Below the pieces are notes generated by a model that worked only from the letters and a program-made list of their open reading frames with translations, did not search any database and had not been told where the DNA came from. Source: Podospora anserina (taxonomy: Eukaryota). Taken from it: a stretch of DNA of 64,000 nucleotides. Numbering within the stretch: the first letter of the stretch is position 1; every line of letters starts with the position of its first letter. The DNA lies in contig CM030332.1 in assembly GCA_017654855.1 (NCBI GenBank), forward strand, positions 1,302,001 to 1,366,000. Reading direction: 5' to 3'. Below, piece by piece: positions 12,401-24,803 of the stretch. The translations under genes and the position numbers were made by a program.

Positions 12401-14050
12401 GAGTTGATTTTCGTGTATCTCGCATGGCAGGGGTCAAAGGGCTGCTCTTTGTCTTCTCTCTGTAGGAAGCCTGATTAAGGACATTGAATTTTTCGGAATG
12501 GGACGGGGTGTCTTTGGCTTAGGTAGGTAGCCTGGTGAGCCTTAAAATTTCTCTGGGACGAGATGGTTCCCATTTGGGAGGGAAAAAGAAAGGGTGTATG
12601 ATAGCTTGTTGACTCTGGAAAGTGGTGGGAGCTTGTGCCAGTACTGTGATGATAGGTAGCTGATGCGGTCGGGAATTTATTCTGCTCCTGCTTGGCGATT
12701 TTGAGAAACTAGGAGATCAATGTGGGTATTTCCTCACTTTCAAGTGAAGAAGTTATATATCTGTGAATGTATGTGTCAAAGCCGGACAGTCATGGTGGAG
12801 TTGCCAGCGATGCCTTCCATGATGCAAACCTTGATATTTGCTTCACAAGTGGAGTTAACGTCCATTGTAGAATCGAAGCCAAAAGCAGTAAATGGAAGTA
12901 TCCCGGGCAGTGTGTGCAAGAAGTATTACAGCTTTGACACAAACGAATCTCAGGGTAGCCAGGCCGTGCATCTGACGATACGGAGATGATGCTCTGTGCA
13001 AGGAAAGGGATGTGCACGGACCAGATTCAGGGGCTTGTTGACTTGGCTGTTAGGAGAGTGGTGCAGAAAGCGGTCCGTTGCCTGGATGTCTGTGTTACCT
13101 ACGGTATTAAAGCTCATGATCTCCTCTGTGTATGTGATCTCAACTTGACATCGGAAGGCCCTAGGCGGAAGGGCCTGGCTCATTGCCAGTGTGGGGGTAC
13201 CGACGCCGAAATGGGATGGCCGAGCAAGAAAATGTGCTCCCCAGGGGAGACACCCTCGAGAACGAGGGGTAGTTACCGACTGAGTTGCTCCAGGGGTGCT
13301 TCGAGGGGCACAGTTTGCTCTTTGGAAGTTCGCGATATCCTGTCCTCTCCCCCCATTCCATACCAAACTCTGCTATCCTCTCCTCTCCTCTCTTCTTCTC
13401 TTCCTCTCACGCAACCATTCCTCAACCTTCCAACAGCTGATATCGAACAGAAACGACTGACCCAGCACCCTTTGATCCAAGTGGTCGATATTCTTTATGC
13501 GCTTCCTCTCATCAACAACGTTGTTTGTGCCTGCGGTTGGCGCTCCTCCAGAGCACGGGCACAAAAAGCAGCTGTGAGGACCCAGGTATGTTGCTCCTTC
13601 GGGCCCATCTCCTCACCAAGGCCATCAAAAATGCGAACTTGGGCATCAGAATATTGGCCGCAATTGCTACTTTTTGGAAAGATGTGTGTTGCGGCTTGTA
13701 CTGCGGCTCATAACGCGGCTTGGGCGGCTCCTGATGCCCTACTGCACCTTCTCAGTTATCCTTCATTCAACCTTCCCACTTTGCCTCGACCAATGACGGT
13801 TGCCGATTTCGTCAACAGCGCAATTGCTAACTCAGACTGTGTCGCAGCTTCCGCCAGATCTGTACCCTCACGACTTCCTCCTCTGTGGTTCAACATTTCC
13901 GCTGCAGCATCATCTCTGGCAACCTTCCAAATTGTGAGCAGCTGAGGTACGTTCATTTCTTTTGCTCTGGTCGCCCTCGTGTCAGTCTGAAAGCATCTCC
14001 ATTTTCAAGAATGAGAACTGACTGGGCTTCGACCTCAGAAACCACCGAGC

Positions 14051-17038
14051 ATGATTGGAAAGGACGGCCCAGGCGCTGAGGCCATGCCCTCCAGGGGCCA
14101 TCCACCACCTGAGGGTTCAACCGTCATCGTCCCACCTGGACCAGCCCCCAAAAGATCAATCACCCCCAAGGGCACACTGTTCACCAATCTAGGCGAAGCC
14201 CATCTAGCCATCACGGCCAGAGTGGCAGCCAAAATCGCCGGTCAAGCTGTCCGTACTTTGCCGGTCGTCACTCCTTGCCAGTCACCGACTGCGCCTCTTC
14301 ATGAGCCCCGTCCCAAAGACAACTTGCCGCTGGCGTCACACATGGAGTTTGTCAAATCTTCCCACCTTGCCAACGGACGTTGCTTGACTGGCTATGCTCC
14401 CAACGTATCGATTGCTGAGAAGAAGCATGAAGAGGGTTCGCAAACCTCTCCGACACCATCTCCCGACACGATCCTGTCCAGTCCTTATGACGATTTCAAC
14501 CCTGATCTTGACTGGGTACATGGTCCTGGTCCAGAAATATGCTCAAAGCGCCGGACCAGGGAGACCGGAAGCACAGTTGAGAACATCTATCGACAATACC
14601 TCCCTTCGGAACCTTCGACCGTTAAGCCTCAGTCTGTCGCCCATAGTTCACCGCCCACAAACAGAGCGCATCCTCAGTCGCCGGATAGTGGAAATGGGAA
14701 TAGCAACAATAACCACTACATCTTGGCTCGTTCCTTGACCAACCACCCATCCAAGCCTAACCATGTCGACGATGGCACCCGTCCGAGTAAGCAACGTCGC
14801 AAACTGTATGATACAGCTGGCGATGCTCCCAGCGTTCCTCTCCCGGAGCTGCCAGTTGCGAGGCGCTCTGCCCGCTACTACGACAGTCATCTCCATGGGT
14901 ATGATGATCCACCAACTCCGTCGGGGATGTCGGTTTCCAATACTCAAGTGCTACTTGACAGATACAGTGATCACAGTCAGCTGGCTCAAGATGAAGGCTT
15001 TTCAGAAGAAGCCATAGTTGCCGGGGCCTCACCAAAGAGCGAGCTTGGCGGCACTGAGTTGGAGCTGTCATCACACAGCGCCCATGAACGGCTGAAGGAG
15101 AGGCTTGACAGGCTACACTACGCATGCAACGCTGGTCTCGCCGAATATTCTACAGGCGCGCTTACTTCGGAGTCGGACGAAGACCCATTCAAGTACGATC
15201 GCAAGTCTTACCACGCGCTCCTCCAGCCAGTTCGAGAAAGGGAAGTAAGCCTAGCCCTCCAGCAGTTGACTGGCATTACCGAATCAGCGACGCCAGTGGA
15301 CGAGATGCCACAGGAGTCTGGACAGCCTGTCTTACAGAGCAGAAACCCATACCTGAACAGACTGCAGTCCTACAAGACTCCAAAAGCTGAAGACACTTGG
15401 GAGGATCAAGAAGATCCAAACGAAATCAAAATTACGGTTCAACGTCGCCGTTCTAGTTTCTCACCAGCCCCTCAGCCCGAACTTCCAACTCAGAGCCGCA
15501 ACTTGACTCAGGACTGGAGGACCAGTTACTGCAATGACCATTTCCATCAACCCCAGAGTGAAGGCGGTGACTGGGAAACAGTTGGAACCAATGTGGGAGG
15601 TCAGTTTGGCAGCAACCTTGCATGTGCCTCTGGTAGTGGTCTGAGTGGAAACCCGGCCCTCAAGATCACCAGTGACAGCATTGCGAACTACTCAGACTGC
15701 AGTTCCTTTGGCCCATCCCAATACGATGCCTTCACGTCTACTGAGCGGATTCTCCAGCATCCGACAGCCGATCAGAACCCCACCGACCAGCTGTTCAGAA
15801 ACATAAAAGACACAGGGCGCCCGGTTTTTCTCCCAAAGCCACGAGTAAATTGTGCTAATGGATATCTCTTGGACTCAGTTCGACATTTTACAGATGCAAA
15901 TACCACAGCAAGCGGTTCTACAGCTAGAAGCGCTCTGCTCGAGAAGATCAGTGCTCGTCTGCGTCGAAATAAAGAACAGCAGAAGAGCGGCAACCCTTTC
16001 CAAGTGCTTCCGAACACTTCGGTGCCTCATCTTTCTGATGTTTATGAGCTGGAGGACATGGGCCCTGGCCAGCGTGCCATCAACAACGGGGTTGAAGCCC
16101 TCGGTTTGAACAAGGAAAATCGACTTACGCCTCCTAATCAAGAATCGAGTCTCATGGCGAAGGGATCGCCCACCCTTTTCAGCTTCCCACTCATCCCATT
16201 ACAGGAAGCCGTGAAAAAGCAAGCCATCAGACGGGCAAGTGGAGAAGACGATTTGACTTTGACCACCACCAGAACCCGCCAGGACTCCAGTGTTTTGTCT
16301 TCCAGAGCCACGCAGAGAACTACTCCGCCAACGCCCTGTACGGCAAAGCCACAGCAATACTCGCCTCCTACTCCTAGTCTCGCAAGACCTCCTCCCACGC
16401 ATCTTCGCCGGCCCACTGGACTAGGGATCCCTGATACTGCTACGCCATACCCTACATACCAGATGAACAAGGGCTTTGATGGAGACGAACAAAATCTTTC
16501 CACGGCTTCACCCCTCAGCAGCGGCAGTCCACCCATCTACGGACGAGCAGTTTTCCCTCGCTCCTGCAGAAATATCTTTGGCGATGCGCGCGCAGATCCT
16601 CCTCGAAAATCCACAAGAAGCAGCTATGGGTTTCCAGTCATGTTGCGCAGGTCAACCCACAAGAGAAAGACGACCCGTGAGAAGAGAGATGCACTCCGGC
16701 AACCAGGGGAATCCCCAAAGCCCGGCCCGGTTGTCGACCCGGAGACAGCAGATGCCTTCGTTTTGTCTGGCGAAGATGCGTACATCTCATGGGACAATCA
16801 AAGAAAGCGTCGACTGTTCTACTATGGTGCGCTTGCCGTGTGCATTTTCCCCTTCCTGACCTTGTTGGTCTACCATGGGGCTTTCGATCCTTTTCTTGTC
16901 TGGTGGACAGAAGGCGAGGTACGCCGGATGACTCGCAAGCAACGTCACGTTGTGGCTATTGTTGGAAGCACCATCGCAGCTGTTTGGCTTGCTGCCATTG
17001 CCGTGGTTGTTACTCTTCTTGTCAGCACAAAGACTTGA
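14051..17038 (+). CDS. Large, mostly disordered Ser/Pro/Thr-rich hypothetical protein with two C-terminal transmembrane helices
   Basis: 995-aa ORF; hydrophobic segments YYGALAVCIFPFLTLLVY and VVAIVGSTIAAVWLAAIAVVVTLLV; a possible upstream exon joins in frame via intron 13934-14038 (GTGAGC..ACTGAC..CAG), so the start may lie near 13631 or 13682. Confidence 0.85.
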   Translation: MIGKDGPGAEAMPSRGHPPPEGSTVIVPPGPAPKRSITPKGTLFTNLGEAHLAITARVAAKIAGQAVRTLPVVTPCQSPTAPLHEPRPKDNLPLASHMEFVKSSHLANGRCLTGYAPNVSIAEKKHEEGSQTSPTPSPDTILSSPYDDFNPDLDWVHGPGPEICSKRRTRETGSTVENIYRQYLPSEPSTVKPQSVAHSSPPTNRAHPQSPDSGNGNSNNNHYILARSLTNHPSKPNHVDDGTRPSKQRRKLYDTAGDAPSVPLPELPVARRSARYYDSHLHGYDDPPTPSGMSVSNTQVLLDRYSDHSQLAQDEGFSEEAIVAGASPKSELGGTELELSSHSAHERLKERLDRLHYACNAGLAEYSTGALTSESDEDPFKYDRKSYHALLQPVREREVSLALQQLTGITESATPVDEMPQESGQPVLQSRNPYLNRLQSYKTPKAEDTWEDQEDPNEIKITVQRRRSSFSPAPQPELPTQSRNLTQDWRTSYCNDHFHQPQSEGGDWETVGTNVGGQFGSNLACASGSGLSGNPALKITSDSIANYSDCSSFGPSQYDAFTSTERILQHPTADQNPTDQLFRNIKDTGRPVFLPKPRVNCANGYLLDSVRHFTDANTTASGSTARSALLEKISARLRRNKEQQKSGNPFQVLPNTSVPHLSDVYELEDMGPGQRAINNGVEALGLNKENRLTPPNQESSLMAKGSPTLFSFPLIPLQEAVKKQAIRRASGEDDLTLTTTRTRQDSSVLSSRATQRTTPPTPCTAKPQQYSPPTPSLARPPPTHLRRPTGLGIPDTATPYPTYQMNKGFDGDEQNLSTASPLSSGSPPIYGRAVFPRSCRNIFGDARADPPRKSTRSSYGFPVMLRRSTHKRKTTREKRDALRQPGESPKPGPVVDPETADAFVLSGEDAYISWDNQRKRRLFYYGALAVCIFPFLTLLVYHGAFDPFLVWWTEGEVRRMTRKQRHVVAIVGSTIAAVWLAAIAVVVTLLVSTKT

Positions 17039-18387
17039 GTAGTGGTATCATACCTACGAGCCACTTTGTACTCGTAATCAGCGAGTTTGTTTGCATCGGA
17101 AAATTTGGAGGATCTTTGGGGAGATTTCTTGACAGTTCTTGGTCAGGTTCTGTGTCTCTTTTCGTCATCTTTGGCATGAGTGTCATGGAAAGAAGGAGGA
17201 TTTTTGTGACAGCGAAGCTGGTAGCTTTGTGAGGTGGATGGCCTTTTGTTTGAGCTAACTCGAGGCACATGTCTGGCAACAAGGTGATTTTGGTGTTGTT
17301 TTGCGGATTTTGGAGGCTGTATCTGCGGTGGCGCTATGATGAACATGGTGGAGTTTATGGGAGGTGTACAGCAACGTTTTCGAGATGTCACGAGAGGTCG
17401 GGCTATCGACTTGTGAAGCCCTGCTCTCATATGATCAGTCGGCCGGAGTCTCTTTTCAGCATTTCTCGCTTTTTCGCATTCCCCTGTCGACCGGTACACA
17501 ATATCCAGCAGCTGTTATTTGTCAACATTTTATTGCCGGCCTCCTGGGACGACACAAGGGCGCCATGTCAGTTACGTTCGGCTCCTATCGGCTCCCGTTT
17601 TTCATTTTCCTTGAACCAGCAGCGGTTTCAGCAACAGGTCTGGACAGAGTCATTTTATATCCGGAGGAAGGCCATGGATATGGGATTGCAACCACAGGTT
17701 GAGAGTTGGGTGTTTGGGCATTTATTTGGGGGAATAGGGAAGGATTTGGCGGGGAAAAGGATGGTATGGAACCAACACGGACATATTTTGTCTCTTTTGT
17801 TAGGGACCGCAAACAAGCGCTGTATTCATTTCAGTTTGCGACGTGGCGGTGTTTTCTGCTGGTTATGTGCCGTTGTGTTTTTCGTTAATGTCTTCCTCTT
17901 GCTTGTTCTTGTCGTTCACGGTCCTGTTAGGGCCCAGAACCAGATTATTCCTCCTGTTTCATGGGATCTTGAATCGGGGCCACACTGGAAATATGGGGGG
18001 ATTTCATGTTTCATCGGGTTCGTTGCTTTCTGAATGTGTAGGCCTTTGCATTCTGTTGGCGTGTTTGAATTTGCGATGAGTTTTGTTTGTACAACTAGGC
18101 AGCTTTCTGCCGGGGACATGGCATGTTACTCGGGATATGGTCGACAGCTTAGCCAAAACATTCTTGTAAAACTCTCGGATCCATACAAGATTTGTTTGTG
18201 ACTGTTTGGTGTCAAGCGCTGTGTGCTAACTGATGGTGATGTTAGTGTCTGCAAATGTTTTTTAGACTGAGGGAATGAATCTTACGTAGAAAGCCAGTCT
18301 ATCCATGAACCTCTGATCTACCATTTACTCTCTCGCCATTTTATATTTTATATACCCTTTCCCCGTCTCCCCTGAGCTATACCCGCT

Positions 18388-18832
18388 TTAAAAAGCGGGC
18401 TGCAAAAACGCCCTAATCGTCTTGACGGCATCACCGTCGTTCTGCCTGAGCAATTCTGTTGCCCTGGCCTTGCTGACCTCGAATTCGGCGACCTGTTTAC
18501 TTCACCATTAGCTCCCCTTCCTTTTTCTTTTGTGTTCGTGTAGGTTGACCAACCAAAAGCGAGACGTCGGCCGCATCAACCTTGACTTTGCTCTTGGCCG
18601 ACGCCTCGACGGGGAGCTTCTTCTCCGAGACGGCCGAGACAGAGTTCAGGGCGTTGGTCGCGGCTGCTTGGTCGACTTGGGTGGAGGTGTTGTCGGTGGT
18701 GTTGTTGGAGTCGAGGTTGGAGAGGGCGGCGGCTGCTTTGCGGTCTTCGGCTGAGGCGGCGGGTTTGGAGGTTGTTGTTTCGATGTCGTCTGTTGCGCCT
18801 TCGTGGATTGTGGGGGGTTGGGGTTCGGCCAT
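18388..18832 (-). CDS. HYPK: HYPK-like small protein with C-terminal UBA-like domain; intron 18553-18493
   Basis: SAEDRKAAAALS.LD, then KVKVDAADVSLL|VAEFEVSKARATELLRQNDGDAVKTIRAF after splicing. Confidence 0.8.
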
Positions 18833-19161
18833 CTTTGGGGGAATTGGGAGGTGGTGGGTTAGGGATGGGCATATAACGGGAGAATTTGGTGGTGATGGTG
18901 TTGATGGTGTTGATGTCGGGCAGGATGTATTAAGCAATGTGGGGTTGAGGGGCAGCTTTTGGAGGTTGAGGGGCGCTAGGCTGGATTGGGGGGTTAGGGG
19001 ATCCGCTCTTATTCAGAGGGGGGAGGGGTGGTGATTGGTCGATTTTGGGAGTGGGGGGGTTTTCTTTGTTAGGAACGGAGCAGACCCTGGTACCCTTGTG
19101 ACGATCATTCTTGGGTTTTGAGAGCACAGAAGAGGTCAGATTTCGGTTTCGGGGAGGGGGA

Positions 19162-19168
19162 TGAGTCA
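19162..19168. promoter_or_regulatory. Gcn4/CPC-1 (cross-pathway control) consensus site TGAGTCA
   Basis: Exact TGA(C/G)TCA about 255 bp upstream of an amino-acid biosynthesis gene (DAHP synthase), in the divergent HYPK/DAHP promoter. Confidence 0.55.
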
Positions 19169-19423
19169 ATTCAACTTTTGGGGATGAGCTGAGAAAGAGC
19201 AACACGGATTTTTTTGGTCTACGTGGAAGGTTCTTTGGGTATATATTCCCACACAACTTTTGGGTTTTTTTCTTTCTGGATATTCGACTCCAACGGCGGC
19301 GGTCTTTTTTGTTCGTTTGACAACGGACGGTTTTTTGGTGGTGGGGCCAAAAAAAAGAAGGTTTCGAGAAGCATTAACTATACGGCACTTCATACTCGCT
19401 CACCACTCAAACCCCGCGGCGAG

Positions 19424-20870
19424 ATGAGCTCAACAACACCACAGTGGACTCCCGACTCGTGGAGGTCAAAACCCGTCAAGCAATGCCCCCAGTACCCCGA
19501 CCAAAAGGCCCTTCAGAAGTCTCTGGCTGAGCTCAAGAAGTTGCCCCCCATCGTCCACCCGAGGGAGATTGTCAAGCTCAAGGAGCACCTTAGGGATGTG
19601 GCCCAGGGCAAGGCGTTCTTGCTGCAGGGTGGTGACTGTGCTGAGCTGTTTGACTACTGCCAGCAGGATGTTATTGAGAGCAAGATCAAGCTGCTTTTGC
19701 AGATGAGTCTTGTGCTGATTTGGGGTGCTGACAAGAGGGTTGTGCGGATTGGGCGTATGGCTGGGCAGTATGCGAAGCCGCGGTCGAGTCCGATGGAGAT
19801 GGTTGATGGGAGGGAGGTTCCTTCGTTCAGGGGTGATATCCTGAATGGGTTCAGTGTTGATGAGAGAGAGCTGGACCCTAACCGCTTGGTCAAGTAAGAC
19901 TCACCTTTCCCTGCCACTCTCACAAGTTGATGCTAATGCTTACCGCAGGGCTTACCACCACTCGGCTGCCACGCTGAACTACATTCGTGCTGCCATCTCT
20001 TCTGGCATTGCGGACCTGCATCGCCCTCTGGACTGGGGTCTCGGCCACGTCCGTGATCCCGCACTGAAGGCCAAGTACCAAGAAGCTGTCGACTTCCTTA
20101 CGGACATGCTCCGCTTCATGCAGACTATCGGTGCCGACAAGTCCCACAATCTCGATACCGTCGATCTCTTCACCTCCCACGAAGGTCTGTTGCTGGAATA
20201 CGAACAATCCCTCACCCGTCTCCTCGACACCCCTTCCGCTCCCGGCACCCCCAGCAAAAAGGAGTACTACGACACATCAGCCCACTTCCTCTGGATCGGC
20301 GACCGCACCCGCCAGCTCGACCACGCCCACGTCGAGTTCTTCCGCGGCATCGCCAACCCCCTCGGCGTCAAAATCGGACCTACCACCCCCGCCTCCGACC
20401 TGCTGGACATGCTCCGCACCCTCAACCCGGACCGCGAGCCAGGCAAGATCACGCTCATCACCCGCTACGGCGCCTCCAAGGTCGCCGACCTGCTCCCCGC
20501 GCACATCCGCGCGGTGGAGGACTCGGAGTACAAGCAGACGGTTGTCTGGCAGTGCGACCCCATGCACGGCAACACGCAGTCTGTCAGCGGGGGGATCAAG
20601 ACGAGGAGGTTCAGCAACATCTTTAGCGAGCTGCAGCAGACGTTGAGGATTCACAAGGAGCAGGGGAGTTATCTGGGGGGTGTTCACCTGGAGCTTACGG
20701 GGGATGCGGTGACGGAGTGTTTGGGGGGTAGTGAGGGGCTGGATGAGGATGACTTGTCGACGAATTACACGAGCTTTTGCGATCCGAGGTTGAATGAGAA
20801 GCAGGCGTTGGAGTTGGCGTTTTTGGTGGCGGATCATTATAGGTGTGAGAGGAAGGAGAAGAGGGCGTAA
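19424..20870 (+). CDS. Class II DAHP synthase (phospho-2-dehydro-3-deoxyheptonate aldolase, aro-8-like); intron 19894-19948
   Basis: Motifs AFLLQGGDCAE, GRMAGQYAKPRS, FTSHEGLLLEYE, SAHFLWIGDRTRQ, WQCDPMHGNT, GGVHLELTG..VTEC, CDPRLN. Confidence 0.97.
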
Positions 20871-22772
20871 GACTGGGTTTTGATCTGGGATTGGGGGTTC
20901 AAAAGAAAAGTTAGGGGGTTAGTGGTAATTCGGCAATTGTTTCTCGTTATATGCTTGTTAGAACTGTCTTTTGAGGTACGTTGGCTATATTTTGAGGCTT
21001 ACGGGTTACTTTGAAGATATCTGTCTTGGATATCTGCAATACCTTCGATGCATAGTCAACTGATTTGCCACCTTCATGTCCCTTTCCTATCTGGCAAGTC
21101 CTCATTTACGGCGATTGTCAGATCAACTGCTTTTCTTACTTTTGATATATTATGAGGCTTTTCTGGACACCGTAAACAGGGCTGGTAGCATTGCCGGCGT
21201 GGGTCATTCTTTGTAGCCAGTCCTGGTCCGGCACGTGGCTGTCAGGTTTTTACACTGTTGATGATGGGCGGACAGCGCGAAAATAGCGAGTGAACCACCG
21301 AGAACCGTCGTGATCTTTATAGATCATCTATGGCTGTTTAGGAGTGTCGGTATTGTATTGCCGGAAGTATGCCGTGAATAACAGCCATTGCCCTGCTGTG
21401 TTTCGTCAACTCCAGGCATACAGTTCAAAATAGGTGGTGATATGCACGTCAGGTTGTCAAACCATATTGTCAGCCCCAGACGTCTGGCTGTCTCGGTGCT
21501 CGCCGGAGGCAATTGGAAAAGACAGCACATAAAAGCATGCAACACTCCCAAAATTCGAGGCGGCCAATGGACGTGATGGTCCCGGTGACAGGAGCCAATC
21601 ACCGAGGGACTGGATCACCATCGTTGCTGTTGCGCCGCTCGGGTAAGGGTAGATGGACAGCGGGACGGGAAGCCTCGTGCTCTGGCTGGTTGGAAAATCA
21701 ACAGAGATTTCCATCGTGGTGGCCAATCTGGGCTCTGAAGGGTCCTTTTTACAACTGCCGTCTCCGCCTGGATTTTGTGTTGTTGATGGTGGTTGGAGAG
21801 GTTTGGGCTCTGTTCAACCTCGGGGCTCTGCTTGCCCCAGTTGAGCGCCCGGGTCTATCAGTGGCTTGTGGGCAGGCTTTCTCCCACCAAAAGTCACCTG
21901 CGTTGGGGCACGTGCATGCCGCTCGCTGAACCTGGAACATCCTCTCCTCGCCTGCCCCAGCTCATCACCACCTTGCAGGCTTGCATCGTGACATTGGAGA
22001 TGGCATGGAGGTTTCCTCCAGCTCGTGCCACTAGTGCTGCAGGTGCTTGAAGTGTGCACTTTGCCGCATCCATACCTGCCGCCTCCCGAAGACAGCAAGC
22101 ACACCGCCGAGCACCATGATGTATTTTTTCCACCATCGTCGTTTGCTGTTCTTGGTCTTGGCCAGTTGCTTTTTCCCCGCCTATGACACTGTCCAAACCG
22201 CCTCCCACTCGCCCATATCCGTTGATTGACGGCTGCGGACGATGCAAATGGCCTTCAAAATGGACCAGACGAGCCAGTCGATGCAGACTCGACAGTCGAT
22301 ATGCTCCAGAGACGCACGCCTATATGGGCATTGATCCACGGACGATGGTCTGCTGGCGCCGTCTTCCTCCATTGGTCTTGGGTGACGAAACTGCGGGCCA
22401 CTAAACCAAACAGCTGGACCAACTGCGAGGGAGAGGGTGGTTTTCCGTTCGGATGACAGGGAAAAAACGTAGGTGCTACATTCTCCTCACTCTCTCGCTC
22501 TTCTCGCTCCCACTCTTCCGATTCCGAACCTCTGTGTGAGACACCGGTTTCCGATCTGGGTTTTGATTCTCTTTTCCGGCTTCCGGATTCAGCATCTCGA
22601 ACTTCTTCGTCTATACTTTTGTTTTCTTCCAAGTGACATCTCAGTGCCTTGTTCCAATTGTGGTCAAACCTACACCTAGACCTCTCTGTCTTCATGGAGT
22701 CCTGACAAACATACTTACTCCTGTCGTGGTCACTTCTTTTCTCTCCTGCTACCTCGAATTCGAGCATGTCCG

Positions 22773-24170
22773 ATGGCTCGACCGGGAGGCGGGGACGAAC
22801 ACCCGCCCTTCCCGTTTCCGGGCGGTCTGTATTACCCAGCCAAGCGGCGTACCATCGACATCGATGCCGACGATTACGATGACCTGTACCGCGAACAGTC
22901 TCGCGTCAAGAGGCCAAGATACATACAATATGCCCAATATGCCGACACCGTTGCCTATCAATTGGCCGTGGAACCCAACGACCACATCACCAACAACCTG
23001 AACCTAGTTGGAGCAGCGGGAGCTGGAGGAGGCGGGGGAGAAAGGGTTGCGGATTTGCCACTCCTGTCCCACCCACACCCTCACCATCCATATTCTCCCC
23101 CGGGCGACCCCCGCCCCCACCACTCCCACATCCGTTCCCGACCGTCCCTGTCCCCTGACCGTTCGGTCTCGGCTCCGGCCCCTATGGAACGGACGGTCTC
23201 GGGTCTCTCCATCCGCCCGGACCCCACAGAATCTCACGACCGTTGTGGTTCTATGGAGCTTCTCGAAGACGCAGCAGCTGCCCAACGAGTTCGCGAGCAC
23301 CTCGCCAACTTCACTCGACGCAACCCGGATTCAAAGCACGAACGAATTCTCAGGTCGATTATCAACCCCCGGGGTAGGCATAGCGAACTCCAACCGCTTG
23401 ACAACGACTCGCTAGAATCCATCTTTAGTGCCGCCAACGAGATCTTCTTCAACGGACGTCTAAGTCAGAGGGTGAGGTGGGATTGGTCCGATGAATCAAG
23501 TACGAGGTATGACTGTCGGGTTATTGGGACGACTGCACTGAGGAAGAAGATTGACAAGGGAGGGAGAGGGTTCGAGACTTTGATCGTGCTGAGCTCGACG
23601 ATACTCAGGGACAAGAGGTATAACTGCCGAAGGTTGTTGATCAGCACGTTCTTGCATGAGCTGATACACTGCTATTTGTTCATCTGCTGCGGTTTCAGGG
23701 CCAGATGGGAGGGAGGCCATACGAGAGGGTTCAGGGAGATTGCCGAGATTGTGGACGAATGGGCGGGTGAAGGCAGTCGGTTGTATTTGGGGAGGGTGGA
23801 GGCCGACTTGGAGTTGTTTAGGGTTGAGGGTTCAGAGGAAGCGGCTGATGGTTATTTCGCCCATCGAAGGGGTCGGCAGGGCAGCCAGTATCCATGCTCT
23901 GGGATGCCGGAACAACATCAAGAATCCTATGGTGGCACTCAGGAGGTGGTCAAATTCCAAGGAGGCCAGGACTTTGTCCAGATCTTTCCTGAGGATCACA
24001 ACCGTGGGAGGAGCATTGGGAGAAGCCCCAGCCGCCGAACAGACAGCAGCAATGTCTGGTGGCGACAGCAGAGGACTGTGAGGCCTAGCCCGCTGTTCAT
24101 CACATATGGTGCGGGCAGTGGTGGCGTCAGCTACGGCGCAGACGAGGACGACTACATATATCCTTCATGA
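22773..24170 (+). CDS. SprT-like zinc metalloprotease-domain protein
   Basis: 465-aa ORF; FSAANEIFFNGRL..V.W.WS, GTTA, LISTFLHELIH (HExxH) and downstream GHTRGF. Confidence 0.8.
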   Translation: MARPGGGDEHPPFPFPGGLYYPAKRRTIDIDADDYDDLYREQSRVKRPRYIQYAQYADTVAYQLAVEPNDHITNNLNLVGAAGAGGGGGERVADLPLLSHPHPHHPYSPPGDPRPHHSHIRSRPSLSPDRSVSAPAPMERTVSGLSIRPDPTESHDRCGSMELLEDAAAAQRVREHLANFTRRNPDSKHERILRSIINPRGRHSELQPLDNDSLESIFSAANEIFFNGRLSQRVRWDWSDESSTRYDCRVIGTTALRKKIDKGGRGFETLIVLSSTILRDKRYNCRRLLISTFLHELIHCYLFICCGFRARWEGGHTRGFREIAEIVDEWAGEGSRLYLGRVEADLELFRVEGSEEAADGYFAHRRGRQGSQYPCSGMPEQHQESYGGTQEVVKFQGGQDFVQIFPEDHNRGRSIGRSPSRRTDSSNVWWRQQRTVRPSPLFITYGAGSGGVSYGADEDDYIYPS

Positions 24171-24803
24171 ATCTTTCTTTTGTCGATTTCAGTTTTATAC
24201 CCACTTTCATTTTTTTTGGCAGGCGAGTTTCGAATCTATTTGGCGAGGCAAATACCCATATTTTAGGTGACATAAAAGCATAGCATAGCATCGCATACAT
24301 GGCAGACTAGCATTTTTTGATAGCATAGCAAAGGCGAATTTGGAATACATGGGGAGATACGGGCTTCTAGTTGTTACATTGCAGTTGGGTGGTGCTTGTG
24401 CTTCTAGAAGGATTCGAGTGCCTGGGCTATCATTTGAAAACAACTAGATAACTTTGCGATAGAACCTTCGAACCAGGTTTCATGGGATATGTTGTGTTCC
24501 TAGGCACATTCTAGACAAGACTGTAGAGGCGGCGATGTGAGATCCTACTATCTTCGAACGTGTTGACTTCCTTAGCTTTCAGGACGTCCCATCTTTCCAT
24601 ATAGCAGTTTCCATCTTTTGCCCACCACGTGCTAGGCCCATCGACCACACCGAGCAGAGGAGAAAGGAGCGTTGGAATGGCGCCTTCCCATTGTCAAACT
24701 CTGACTAGTAATTCCACCGTGATATCAACTTGCTGCCTTTCGATTTCCACTTTCTTCTTTACACTCAACAACAAACAACCTGGCCTACGCCCACTTCCTC
24801 ACT

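Noticed and set aside
12986-13630. 5' part of the 319-aa plus-strand ORF
   Set aside because: Runs through pyrimidine-rich promoter-like DNA; only its 3' part is a plausible exon of the downstream gene.
17269-18033. 254-aa plus-strand ORF
   Set aside because: No codon bias or recognisable motif; composition looks non-coding.
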